A stretch of 64,000 nt of DNA from a virus. The position numbers and the translations under genes were made by a program. The notes beneath the pieces are model-generated. The model made no database searches and had not been told where the DNA came from. It saw only the letters and a list, made by a program, of their open reading frames with translations. The DNA is taken from positions 32,001 to 96,000 of IMG/VR virus record IMGVR_UViG_3300034284_000578, one strand, 5' to 3'. This document shows, piece after piece, positions 1-8,989 of the stretch (its first letter is position 1; each line of letters opens with the position of its first letter).

Positions 1-1274
1 CCTAATTCCGCACCAATTGCTTCCTTCTTTTGTTCTGGAGTTAAATTGGGATCTTGTTGTATTGCTGGTATGTTTAAGTATCCGATGATACCTTCAATTG
101 CAGTACCAAGTAATGGTACTCTTTTTAAAGCAGGAAGTATTACGTTTTTACCAGGTCCTTTTAGGAATGCCATAGGATTTTTAATGGCTTTTGCTAATTC
201 TAGACCACCTTGTCCAAGTTGTTGCACCATTCCTACCGCACCAGTGCCTATATTTCTTGCAGTTTGTAACATTCTACCAAAGAAGCCGGGCTTTGGTGCT
301 GCTGCCGCTGCTTGTGCTGTTGTGGATGCGGGGGTTGAAAGTAGTTGAGCAGGACTTGTGGTTGGTGTTGACGGGGGTTGCATAACAAACCCTTGACCTG
401 GAATGTTTTGTATTCCGGCTGCAACTGGGGCTACTGATTGTGCTATTGCTGGAGCAGCTGATCCAGCGGCACCAAGTGCAGTTCCAAAACCTAAACGCGA
501 TAGTATTTTTGCGCCAAATTTTGATGCAGTTCCCGTTATTGCTGATTTTGTACCAGTTGCTGCTTTTGTTGTGGTATCAATTGCTTTAGCCGTCATTGTA
601 ACTGGGGCTGATGCTCCTCGGACTTTTGCTAGTGCTCCTAATTTACTACTAGTTGCTATTTTTGCAATACGAGCAAGAGTACCACCCTTAGTACGTCCTT
701 TTAGCAGAGAAGCAAGCATGGCGGCATCAGCAGCAGTATCCAACCATCCACCACCTTCTCCACCACCCCCACCTGTTCCAATTTTCTTCAAGATCTTTTC
801 CATAAGAACTTTAATATCAATTAAAGTTTTATTTTGATCCATCTGCAAAGAAACTTGTTCTTGTTGAGCCTCAGCGGTTTCTCTTAGTTGTTCTGTCGAT
901 TGTTGGGGTATTGGTGAACGAGTTTGTGCCTTTAACGACGCACTTTCATTTTGTATACCAAGTATGGTTTTTACTTTTTGGATTAAATCGTTTACAGTCT
1001 TTTTTATGTTGTTTGCTAAGTTTATGTAAATATCAAATGCTTTTTTGACAAACTTGTAATCTAATCCCTGAGTTTGTTTTTGTACCGCAGCATCCATTTT
1101 TTCTGACAGAGTAGATGACTCTGGACGGGCAATTCTTCTTCTTCGTGGTGGAGTCGTGTTTCTTTGAAAAGAAGAAACCATAGCAGTTCCAGTATTTGAG
1201 AACATTCGTCCAATACCAGAAACTGCTTTAGTGTTTTGTTTACCCTCGGATGTTATTGTTGGTAGTGCTAACAT
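1..1274 (-). CDS. Tape measure / baseplate hub (gp29-like) protein, partial (runs off the left edge); absent from the ORF track
   Basis: ATG at 1274 (MLALPTITSEGKQNTKAV...). Frame read manually stays open to position 3 (>424 codons). Ala/Gly/Lys-rich, amphipathic (LGTALGAAGSAAPA, LKRVPLLGTAIEGIIG). Lies directly after the gp26/gp51 chaperone module. Confidence 0.65.
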   Translation of the reverse strand, partial: MLALPTITSEGKQNTKAVSGIGRMFSNTGTAMVSSFQRNTTPPRRRRIARPESSTLSEKMDAAVQKQTQGLDYKFVKKAFDIYINLANNIKKTVNDLIQKVKTILGIQNESASLKAQTRSPIPQQSTEQLRETAEAQQEQVSLQMDQNKTLIDIKVLMEKILKKIGTGGGGGEGGGWLDTAADAAMLASLLKGRTKGGTLARIAKIATSSKLGALAKVRGASAPVTMTAKAIDTTTKAATGTKSAITGTASKFGAKILSRLGFGTALGAAGSAAPAIAQSVAPVAAGIQNIPGQGFVMQPPSTPTTSPAQLLSTPASTTAQAAAAAPKPGFFGRMLQTARNIGTGAVGMVQQLGQGGLELAKAIKNPMAFLKGPGKNVILPALKRVPLLGTAIEGIIGYLNIPAIQQDPNLTPEQKKEAIGAEL

Positions 1275-1277
1275 TAG

Positions 1278-1466
1278 TTATTTTTTCTTTAATTGTTCTC
1301 TTCTTTTATTTATTTCCTCTACATGTTTTATTAAAAGATTTAGATAAATTTCTCTTTCCCACGGTATCATGTTTTCTAATTCAGTTAGGCTGTACTTGTG
1401 TTCTTGTAGGAGAAGAAAATTTGTTTTATACAAATTCTCTAAAGACTCACTCGCCAGCCCTAGTCG
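1278..1466 (-). CDS. gp51: gp51-like baseplate hub assembly catalyst C-terminal module, probably reached by -1 frameshift from gp26
   Basis: Manual translation RLGLASESLENLYKTNFLLLQEHKYSLTELENMIPWEREIYLNLLIKHVEEINKRREQLKKK* carries the conserved T4-like HKYSLTELENMIPWERE motif. The only in-frame ATG (1370) is inside the motif. Confidence 0.8.
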   Translation of the reverse strand, partial: RLGLASESLENLYKTNFLLLQEHKYSLTELENMIPWEREIYLNLLIKHVEEINKRREQLKKK

Positions 1467-2164
1467 AAAAAATCTACAAATTTATCGAGAACAACCTTTA
1501 CTTTCTTTTGTGTAAATGGAGAAACTGCTTCTGATTCATAATAAATGGAAGGCATGGTATCGAAGAAATTACTTAATTTTTCATACATGTCTTGCGTAAA
1601 TTGCTCAACAAATTCTTGCAATTCTACTTTGGAATAATCTGATGCTTTATACTCAGATTCTTTATCATAAATTTTATTGATACAATTTACGATTAAATTA
1701 AATCCATTTTCAACCAATGGTTTTGAGGGATCTACAGACAAAATTGTACGCATATTGGGATACTTCATTTCTACAAATAAAGAATCTGATAATTTTAATT
1801 TGGTTTCATGTTTTGTAGATCTTTTTACAATAACTTTATTAAGATCAACGTCTACTTGAAATTTTTTACTAGTATCGGGATCAATTACATTAATTTTTAT
1901 AACTTCTCCCATAGATTTTTCGCGTAACTTTAAGAAAATATACTCTATGTCAAATGAAGGAACATCTTCAATATCAATCTTGTCTATTAAACAATTGCTA
2001 ATAACTTGATCCATTGCTAATAGTATTTGATCATTGTCTTTAGATTCTGCTGCTATTAAAAGAATCTTTTCTTCTTTAACTAAAAATGGTCTATATCTTA
2101 TCTTTTGACCATTTGATGGTAATTTCATTTCAAAGGTTGCAACGTCAATTTTTGGTAGTGGCAT
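1460..2164 (-). CDS. gp26: Baseplate hub subunit / assembly chaperone gp26-like
   Basis: MPLPKID...IRYRPFLVKEEKILLIA, FDIEYIFLKLREKSMGE, MKYP, FFDTMP and the C-terminal DFF are typical of the T4 gp26/gp51 family. Confidence 0.9.
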   Translation of the reverse strand: MPLPKIDVATFEMKLPSNGQKIRYRPFLVKEEKILLIAAESKDNDQILLAMDQVISNCLIDKIDIEDVPSFDIEYIFLKLREKSMGEVIKINVIDPDTSKKFQVDVDLNKVIVKRSTKHETKLKLSDSLFVEMKYPNMRTILSVDPSKPLVENGFNLIVNCINKIYDKESEYKASDYSKVELQEFVEQFTQDMYEKLSNFFDTMPSIYYESEAVSPFTQKKVKVVLDKFVDFFD

Positions 2165-2187
2165 AGTAAAATCCTATTCTAAATAAT

Positions 2188-2706
2188 TCAAATAACCGAT
2201 GCATCTCTATATGCAAAGGTAACGGTTTGTTTTAAGTACGAATCGCGTTCATCGTATGATAATTGAACGGCTTCTATATTGCTCAACATCGCATACGAAA
2301 GTTTAATTGTGAAAAGTTTTTTATCTTTTTCTGTATCAAGACAAGAAATGTCAATATCACCAACAACATCATCCAAATAACCAATAAAGTAGTCTCCATT
2401 TACATTTTTAACAATTCTGTTATTTATTTCGCTGTAAAATGTTTTAACTGGGTTTCCTAGTGCATCTAAACGAAAAGTTATATTACAAGTTTGTGCCGGA
2501 AGTTTAACGTATGGTATTTTTAGCAAAGGTTGAGTGTTGAATTGAAAATCCGCAGTACCTACTCCCAATGGTGGTATGTCAATACTTTCAGCATATCCAC
2601 TAAAATACAAATTAGCATTATTAAAGTTTAGATTTACAGTAAATCTATTTGGTCTTGCCAAACCTCTTATACTGTTTAGTGCTGTTTGTACGTCTGCGTA
2701 TGCCAT
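2188..2706 (-). CDS. gp54: Tail tube initiator / gp19-fold protein (gp54-like)
   Basis: GLARPNRFTV N-terminus and QLSYD...TVTFAYR C-terminus, tube-fold signature; position next to gp2 and gp26. Confidence 0.65.
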   Translation of the reverse strand: MAYADVQTALNSIRGLARPNRFTVNLNFNNANLYFSGYAESIDIPPLGVGTADFQFNTQPLLKIPYVKLPAQTCNITFRLDALGNPVKTFYSEINNRIVKNVNGDYFIGYLDDVVGDIDISCLDTEKDKKLFTIKLSYAMLSNIEAVQLSYDERDSYLKQTVTFAYRDASVI

Positions 2707-3279
2707 TTAATTTCGTGTTTCCTTTAATATTTCGGAATACAATTTACTGGGAGAAATACCTTTAAACATTGGTAAAAATGCAAACTGAGTCCATTCTTCC
2801 GGTGTAGTTATTTTTGGTTTTCCGATTATATTGCTGACATTATATTGATTAAAAACAACACCAGTATATTTAGCAAATATTTTCTTATTCAATATTGACA
2901 TTATTTTGATACGAATTCTGTGTGGATCGGTTTCTTTGGGATTTAACATTAAAGTGTTCATTAACATGATCATTTTAAATCTATCCTTGGGGGGGATATA
3001 ATGCAGATTAATACCATAAAACCCCCCTCCCCCTATTCCAGTAACCAAAACTAAAGGATACCTGTCAAAAATTCTTGTGCGGGTTGATGGTTTGTATTTA
3101 AACAATAAAACCTGTCCCGGTAGTTTTCTTTTTATGTTTTTGGTGGTGTCTTTTAAAAAATCAGAGTAGTCTGTTACTTTGCCCGTTTTGTTGACTCCCC
3201 GCATAGAATCACGTAACCATTTTAAAGCGGATTGGGGTGTATTAATCGGTTTCGGTTTCTGTTGGTTCTTTTCCACCAA
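2707..3279 (-). CDS. gp2: DNA end protector protein
   Basis: PGQVLLFKYKP...FDRYPLVLV...FYGINLHYIPP...EEW..FAFLP motifs. Confidence 0.9.
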   Translation of the reverse strand: MVEKNQQKPKPINTPQSALKWLRDSMRGVNKTGKVTDYSDFLKDTTKNIKRKLPGQVLLFKYKPSTRTRIFDRYPLVLVTGIGGGGFYGINLHYIPPKDRFKMIMLMNTLMLNPKETDPHRIRIKIMSILNKKIFAKYTGVVFNQYNVSNIIGKPKITTPEEWTQFAFLPMFKGISPSKLYSEILKETRN

Positions 3280-3706
3280 ATAACTCTTTCTCTGTTATTA
3301 TTTTAAATTTCCAATTACGCTTTTTAGCATATTCTTCTGCAAATGCCCACTTTGATTTATTTATTTGCCACTCGACTACTTCTTGCAAATAACCTTTTGT
3401 TATTTTTTTCTTTTTTGCTGGTTCTGAGCATTTTCTATGTGGTTTTATTTCAACCATGTAGGTTTGAATTGTTCCATCTTTTTCTTTTACTTCAATGATG
3501 AAATCTACAAAATATCTGTGATATTTTTTGTCAACAGGAGAAATGTAAGGTATTGGTAATTCTTCTGAAGCCCATTTAATAATGTTATCTGTGTTATCGC
3601 AAAATGTCATAAATTTACGTTCCCATAGAGAACGATAGACTATGTTGGTGGGATCACCTCTGTACTTTGAGGGATTCTTTGGCTTAAACTTACCTTTGTA
3701 CGACAT
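3242..3706 (-). CDS. gp4: Head completion nuclease (start revised to ATG 3706)
   Basis: MSYKGKFKPKNPSKYRGDPTNIVYRSLWE, WASEE..IPY.SP.D..HRYFVDF, VEIKP, NKSKW..A, FKIITEKEL. Confidence 0.95.
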   Translation of the reverse strand: MSYKGKFKPKNPSKYRGDPTNIVYRSLWERKFMTFCDNTDNIIKWASEELPIPYISPVDKKYHRYFVDFIIEVKEKDGTIQTYMVEIKPHRKCSEPAKKKKITKGYLQEVVEWQINKSKWAFAEEYAKKRNWKFKIITEKELFGGKEPTETETD

Positions 3707-3711
3707 ACATA

Positions 3712-3719
3712 TATTTAGA
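3712..3719 (-). promoter_or_regulatory. Late promoter variant TCTAAATA for the gp4-gp2-gp54-gp26 operon
   Basis: 5 nt upstream of the gp4 ATG in the 25-nt divergent spacer. Confidence 0.6.
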
Positions 3720-3731
3720 AAAGGATTATAC

Positions 3732-4463
3732 ATGGGAAAAATAGTAAACTTTTTTGCACCAACTACAGGACAACCACAAAATTCTAAAATATTTTGTGTA
3801 ATTGATATACTTAAGAATACCAAAGTTCTGGAAGCAAACCCTTCACCAGAAAAGACTTATTATATGCAATTACCAAAAGAAATAACTGACGTTTTTAGTA
3901 TGGATTGGCAACAAGAAGAACTTGCGGGAACTACGTTAGATGCGATTGCTCAAAGACTTTTGGGATCGCAGGGACAAAGTTTTGATCTTATAGGGATTGG
4001 AAAAAGTATTGCTCCAGAATTTGCTGCACAAATTGGTCTAGGTGGTACTGCTAAAGAAGGATTGAGGCGTGCGGGAGAAGCGAAAAACCCAATTAATACT
4101 TTACTATTTAAAAATGCAAATCTTAGACAGTTTCAATTTAGTTGGGATTTTATGCCAATAAATGCACAGTCTGCTAACGACTATGAAACTTTTATAAATG
4201 ACATGAGAGAAAATATGTTACCTGAAATAAATGGAACGGGCTATAAAACTCCAAATATATTTAACATTGAAATGAAAGTTGGTTCTAAAGTTTTTCTTTC
4301 TGCTAAGAAATGTGCTTTAACTAATATGACAGTAAATCCATTTGGTTCTGGACTTCCCGCGTTTCACGAAGACGGTCATGCCGTGCATAATGTTGTGACT
4401 TTAGAATTCCAAGAATTGGTTCCAAGTACCAAAGAATCAATAAAGAATTTGTATAAAAAATAA
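3732..4463 (+). CDS. gp48: Baseplate tail-tube cap (start revised to ATG 3732, AAGGA SD upstream)
   Basis: NP..TLLFKNANLRQFQFSWDFMP.N..A, P.IFNI, KKCALTNMTVN, TLEFQEL. Confidence 0.85.
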   Translation: MGKIVNFFAPTTGQPQNSKIFCVIDILKNTKVLEANPSPEKTYYMQLPKEITDVFSMDWQQEELAGTTLDAIAQRLLGSQGQSFDLIGIGKSIAPEFAAQIGLGGTAKEGLRRAGEAKNPINTLLFKNANLRQFQFSWDFMPINAQSANDYETFINDMRENMLPEINGTGYKTPNIFNIEMKVGSKVFLSAKKCALTNMTVNPFGSGLPAFHEDGHAVHNVVTLEFQELVPSTKESIKNLYKK

Positions 4464-4473
4464 GGATTAATAC

Positions 4474-5223
4474 ATGTATTTTAATAAACTAGGAACAACA
4501 GATTATCAAGGAACAACCATACCGGACATATTAAAGCGGGTGGTGGTTTCTGATCCTAATGTTTTAAATACAGATTTATTTGAAAAATACGACATCACTG
4601 AAGGTGAAACCCCCGAAAGTCTGTCTTTTAATTACTATGGCAAAGTTGATTACTATTGGGTAATAATGTTGTTGAACAACATCAAGAGTAGATATTTTGA
4701 TTGGCCTATGTCTTCCCAAGAATTGGGACAATATATTGAATCGAAATACGGAAATAAAAGTTCATTGTTTGTTAGCGACAATCAATTAATATCAAATCCT
4801 GTTCCTTTTTGCAACGCAAAATATGTGTTAAAAGGAACAACAGAATATCAAGTTTTAGGTTGTGACCGTGATTTGAATAAGTTGGAAGTTACCAAACTCT
4901 CCGATCCTGCTTCCGGAGATCCGACAATTGAAATAGATGACATATTAACTGTACTGGATAAAGATAAAAATTATTTATTTGGATTGTTTCCAGAAAAAAT
5001 AGTTTACGAAAATGCTTATAGTCTTCATCATTTTAATTTTTCAGATGAAAGAAACAATAGAGTACTACTACAAAGTTATATTTCTGGAGTAATACCACCA
5101 GAAACAATTACAAATCAAGAATATGAAAATAACTTAAATGAAGCAAAAAGATCTATAACATTGATCAAACAGGAATACGTTTCATTGTTTGTAAACAACT
5201 TTAAAACAATAGCACAGGGTTGA
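4474..5223 (+). CDS. gp53: Baseplate wedge protein (LysM-like)
   Basis: MYFNK..., YDITEGETPESLSFNYYG..DYYWVIMLLNNI...DWPMS, TNQEYE..NEAKRSITLIK. Confidence 0.92.
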   Translation: MYFNKLGTTDYQGTTIPDILKRVVVSDPNVLNTDLFEKYDITEGETPESLSFNYYGKVDYYWVIMLLNNIKSRYFDWPMSSQELGQYIESKYGNKSSLFVSDNQLISNPVPFCNAKYVLKGTTEYQVLGCDRDLNKLEVTKLSDPASGDPTIEIDDILTVLDKDKNYLFGLFPEKIVYENAYSLHHFNFSDERNNRVLLQSYISGVIPPETITNQEYENNLNEAKRSITLIKQEYVSLFVNNFKTIAQG

Positions 5224-5224
5224 T

Positions 5225-6520
5225 ATGGTTCATAACGTTATATTAACAAATAAACCTAACATTTTATTAAATGGTGTTGACATAACAGAAGTTACGCTGT
5301 CGCTAACTTTAACTGAAAGTTTGTTCGATCCTGTATTGAAAGGTAACATTGTTGCTTTAAATACTCCAAGCACAAATTTATATCAGATAACAGGCGCGCT
5401 CGGTGGACTAAATGAAATTCAGTTTTCATTTCATAGCACAACAAATGAAGAACCCGAAAAAGAAATAACATCCAAAGATTTTTATGTTTACAATATTGTT
5501 CCGGAAAGCACAGATGCTGGTTCTTCTCTTGTAAAAGTGACTGCTTATTTTGCAGCAAAACCTCTTTTTACAAATAATATAAGAATGGTTTCAAAAAATT
5601 ATAATGATACCATTTCAAACATAGTAAAATCTCTATGTAAAGAAATAGAGATAGAATGTAATGTTGAAGCGACTAAAGGTAAAATTAAAAGAGTTTTGAC
5701 TTATGAATCACCATTTGGACATATTGTAAATTTAAGCAAACAAGCAGTGTCTGAAAATAATCCTAAAGATGTAGATTACACATTTTATCAAGATATAGAT
5801 GGCAAGTATTGGTTTAAACCTATTTCTTTATTTAAAAAACAACCAGTAAAATGGAAATATAAACAGTTTTTACCATATCCAGAAATGACATTAGATGAGG
5901 TAAAATATTCAATTTTGCGCCATTCTTGTGATTCATTTTCTCCAATACAAAATGCACTTCAAGGAATGTATTCTTCTGAAATAATTTCATTTGATACTAC
6001 AACTGGTGATTATTATTCCAAGACGCATGTGTACAATAAGGATAAGTATACTACTCTATCAGACAAACCAATATTAGATTTAAATGATAATGAAGAGTTT
6101 AAAAAAATAGCAAAAAGTGGTGTTGCAGTTCGAAGATTTACAAAACAAAGATTTTTACACGATCCTTCGGAAGAGGAATCGGGACAAGATGGAGTTGGTT
6201 TACAAGACGATTGGGTTGGGAATCGCATGGCATCTATGCAAAATATGGATCAAAGCATTGTGTATTTAAATGTTCCCGGTAACAGTGAAATGAAAGTTGG
6301 TGATTTAATTGAGGTTAGAAAACTTGTAAACGAATCTCTTATTGAAGAATCTGGTGAAAATTTAAAAGAAAAAGATGTATTGGGTACTGGTGTTTTCTTA
6401 ATCACCACTATTTCTCATGATATTGGATTAAAGAGTGGTGGTCCGTCCGATGCTTTGTCAGCAACATATATTATGCGAATTAAAGCAGTAAAAGATTCTA
6501 AGGGAGACGAATATGCCTAA
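5225..6520 (+). CDS. Baseplate hub protein (gp27-like)
   Basis: LTESLFDPVLKG, YTFYQDIDG, VPGNSEMKVGDLIE, GVFLITTISH, KDS C-terminus; position between gp53 and gp5. Confidence 0.7.
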   Translation: MVHNVILTNKPNILLNGVDITEVTLSLTLTESLFDPVLKGNIVALNTPSTNLYQITGALGGLNEIQFSFHSTTNEEPEKEITSKDFYVYNIVPESTDAGSSLVKVTAYFAAKPLFTNNIRMVSKNYNDTISNIVKSLCKEIEIECNVEATKGKIKRVLTYESPFGHIVNLSKQAVSENNPKDVDYTFYQDIDGKYWFKPISLFKKQPVKWKYKQFLPYPEMTLDEVKYSILRHSCDSFSPIQNALQGMYSSEIISFDTTTGDYYSKTHVYNKDKYTTLSDKPILDLNDNEEFKKIAKSGVAVRRFTKQRFLHDPSEEESGQDGVGLQDDWVGNRMASMQNMDQSIVYLNVPGNSEMKVGDLIEVRKLVNESLIEESGENLKEKDVLGTGVFLITTISHDIGLKSGGPSDALSATYIMRIKAVKDSKGDEYA

Positions 6521-7349
6521 TGATCATTTGGGTGATCCCAGTTTTAGATGGTGGTGGGGATGTGTAGAAGATAGAATAGATCCTTTACAAAAAGGAAGAG
6601 TCCGAGTACGCATCCACAGTTATCACAGTCCATTTAAAAAGGATATTCCCACCGATGCTTTACCTTGGGCTGAAGTAATTCAACCAGCAACAACAGGTAA
6701 TACCCCACAAGGTGCTCCAGTTGGGTTAGTCGAAGGGTTATGGGTCTTTGGATTTTTTAAAGATGGTGTTGAGTGCCAACAACCAGTTGTGCTAGGTTGG
6801 TTGCCCACTTTACCGGAAAATCCACCAAAAGAAGAAACTTCAGGTTCTGATACTTTACAACAAAAAGATTCAGAGGGAGAAACGTTCCAAAAAAATTATG
6901 GAGATGGGTTTAGAGATCCAAGAAAACAAGAAGATTTAAAAAACTTTCCATCAAAAGAAGTTAAAAGAGAATACCCATTTGGTAAAGGAAAGAAAACTAA
7001 AGACCGCGGTGTTCAATTAACAGAACAAGAACCAAAAAAACAAACGGATCGTTTTGGTAGAGCCATTGCTATAAATGATGCGACTAAAATTAAAGATACA
7101 ATTATTGGATTGAAGAAATTAAAAAGACCAGAAGGACTTTACGATCAAGCGTATGTTGCTGATATTGAAGTAGAAGAAGAATTTAAGTGTGGTGTTGTTA
7201 ACTTAAATGGTAAAAATACTGGCACTTTAAGTGGATTGGGTTCTGGTGATAATTCTGTAAAAAGTAGCATGGAGTCTTCTAAATTTGATAATTGGAAACT
7301 AGTAAAAGAAGAACCGCTGAATAGTGCAAATAAAAAGATTTTAGGATAA
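6513..7349 (+). CDS. gp5: gp5 N-terminal OB-fold part of the baseplate spike (split gene, part 1)
   Basis: FRWWWGCVEDRIDPLQKGRVRVRI..H...IPTDALPWA, GLVEGLWVFGFFKDG..QQPVVLG; no lysozyme domain follows. Confidence 0.88.
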   Translation: MPNDHLGDPSFRWWWGCVEDRIDPLQKGRVRVRIHSYHSPFKKDIPTDALPWAEVIQPATTGNTPQGAPVGLVEGLWVFGFFKDGVECQQPVVLGWLPTLPENPPKEETSGSDTLQQKDSEGETFQKNYGDGFRDPRKQEDLKNFPSKEVKREYPFGKGKKTKDRGVQLTEQEPKKQTDRFGRAIAINDATKIKDTIIGLKKLKRPEGLYDQAYVADIEVEEEFKCGVVNLNGKNTGTLSGLGSGDNSVKSSMESSKFDNWKLVKEEPLNSANKKILG

Positions 7350-7353
7350 TAAT

Positions 7354-8958
7354 ATGTCTAATTGCGATGATAATTTAAAACCAACAGAATCAACTACCAG
7401 CACTTCTGGTATTAGAAATAATAAACCATCCTCAATTTTACCCCAACGCGAGCGTACCCAAAGAACAACTATTACTAAAGGGCAAAAAGTAACCGGAGGA
7501 ATAACTGCCGCAGATTTAACAGAAGATGGAACTGTTGGTGCTTCTTCCGGTTCTGCTAGTGGCGGTGGTGGTGCAGGACAAACTACATCTAAAGGTGGAG
7601 TTACTGGTAGTTCATCCCAAGCGCAAGCATCGGCTGCACCAGCAAAAACAAAAGAAGAAATACAAAAAGAAAAACAAAAGAAAAACGACGACGAACAAGT
7701 AACGCAATCGAATAAACAATGGACTCAACCAGAAACTGAACACGGCAGGAAACAAGGCGAAGAAATAGAAGGTAAAGATTTATACCCAAATCAAGAAAAG
7801 AAAAGCAAAGAATTTAAACCAGTATCAATATATCCATTTAATAAAACATATCAAACTGAAAGCGGCCACGTATTCGAAACCGATGATACTCCCGGTAGCG
7901 AAAGACTATCCGTTTTTCATCGTTCTGGTACAAATTTAGAAGTTTATCCTAATGGTGATTTCGTAGAGCAGCATGTGAGAGATAGTTATTTTCATGTTTT
8001 TCGAGACCAATATGTTCACTTGGGTGGATATTCTAGCGTAACCGTTGATAAGGGATTAAAGATTCTTATAAATGATGACGAAGAAGAAAACAGTAAAGAA
8101 GAAAATGTAAATTTTGATATTCATGTAGCGGGAAATGCAAATGTAAACATTTATATTCATAAAGGAAATATGAATGTTTCTTTGGTTGAAGGTGACGCAA
8201 ATATTCGTTTGAACAAAGGTGACGTAAATATACGTCAAGACAAAGGAAATTATAACCACACCGTTGCCGGCGATTACAATTTAGAAGTTGGTGGTCATAT
8301 GCACGTTGTGGTTGCAGGCGATGTAGTTAACGAAATAGGAGGGAACAGGGATGAAAGAATTGATGGGGAATTTGATCAAAAGTATCTGTCAAACTCTTCA
8401 GGCTATTTGGGCGAATATTTGTTGGGGGATAAAAGAACTTATGTCGGCGGAAATCAAATAACCGAAGTCAATGGTAATATTAACGAAAAAGGACAACACA
8501 AAAAACAAGAGTTACAATCTCAAGAAAAATCAATTTATGGTTCTTTTGTTACTAAAACTGGTGGTAATTGGTGGTTAGCATCAACCGCAAGTATACAAAT
8601 TGATGGACTTTCGGAAATTACAATTAAAGCAAAAAAGAGCATGGACATATTTGGTGCAGAATATACTGGTAAATTTAGATTGTATTCTGGAAATAGTCTA
8701 GAAATAATAGGTGAAAAATTTACAGTATTAAGATCTGCAACGGATAAAATAGAGCTAAAAACACCTAAAGATGTAACTCTAAAAACTCCATTGTTATACA
8801 AACCAGACGACAAAAAAGCACCACCATTCTCACCAGATCCAAAACCAATTAATTTGGATAATCCAAGTCAGTACGAAACTGCTAAACCATCGGAAACAGA
8901 ATCATTTATGAAAAATAACAAGAAAGAATGGACACCAACTGGCGCCAAAAATTCATAA
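7354..8958 (+). CDS. gp5: gp5 C-terminal beta-helix needle part (split gene, part 2)
   Basis: YPFNKTYQTESGHVFETDDTPGSERL..FHRSGT, then V.G[DN] beta-helix repeats (VAGDYNLEVGGHMHVVVAGD). Confidence 0.88.
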   Translation: MSNCDDNLKPTESTTSTSGIRNNKPSSILPQRERTQRTTITKGQKVTGGITAADLTEDGTVGASSGSASGGGGAGQTTSKGGVTGSSSQAQASAAPAKTKEEIQKEKQKKNDDEQVTQSNKQWTQPETEHGRKQGEEIEGKDLYPNQEKKSKEFKPVSIYPFNKTYQTESGHVFETDDTPGSERLSVFHRSGTNLEVYPNGDFVEQHVRDSYFHVFRDQYVHLGGYSSVTVDKGLKILINDDEEENSKEENVNFDIHVAGNANVNIYIHKGNMNVSLVEGDANIRLNKGDVNIRQDKGNYNHTVAGDYNLEVGGHMHVVVAGDVVNEIGGNRDERIDGEFDQKYLSNSSGYLGEYLLGDKRTYVGGNQITEVNGNINEKGQHKKQELQSQEKSIYGSFVTKTGGNWWLASTASIQIDGLSEITIKAKKSMDIFGAEYTGKFRLYSGNSLEIIGEKFTVLRSATDKIELKTPKDVTLKTPLLYKPDDKKAPPFSPDPKPINLDNPSQYETAKPSETESFMKNNKKEWTPTGAKNS

Positions 8959-8961
8959 ATA
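8954..8961 (+). promoter_or_regulatory. Late promoter variant CATAAATA upstream of the holin-like gene
   Basis: ATAAATA core overlapping the gp5C stop, 28 nt before ATG 8990. Confidence 0.6.
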
Positions 8962-8989
8962 GAGGCACGCACTTTACTGGGATATTCTT

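Noticed and set aside
46-1534. Plus-strand ORFs 46-348, 191-385, 403-837 and 1250-1534
   Set aside because: Antisense shadows of the minus-strand tape-measure-like and gp51-like frames
3642-3823. Long overlapping N-termini of gp4 and gp48 given by the ORF track (also uvsY, gp55, gp68-like)
   Set aside because: Conserved N-terminal motifs and SD/promoter positions favour the downstream ATGs 3706, 3732, 58610, 61310 and 63509
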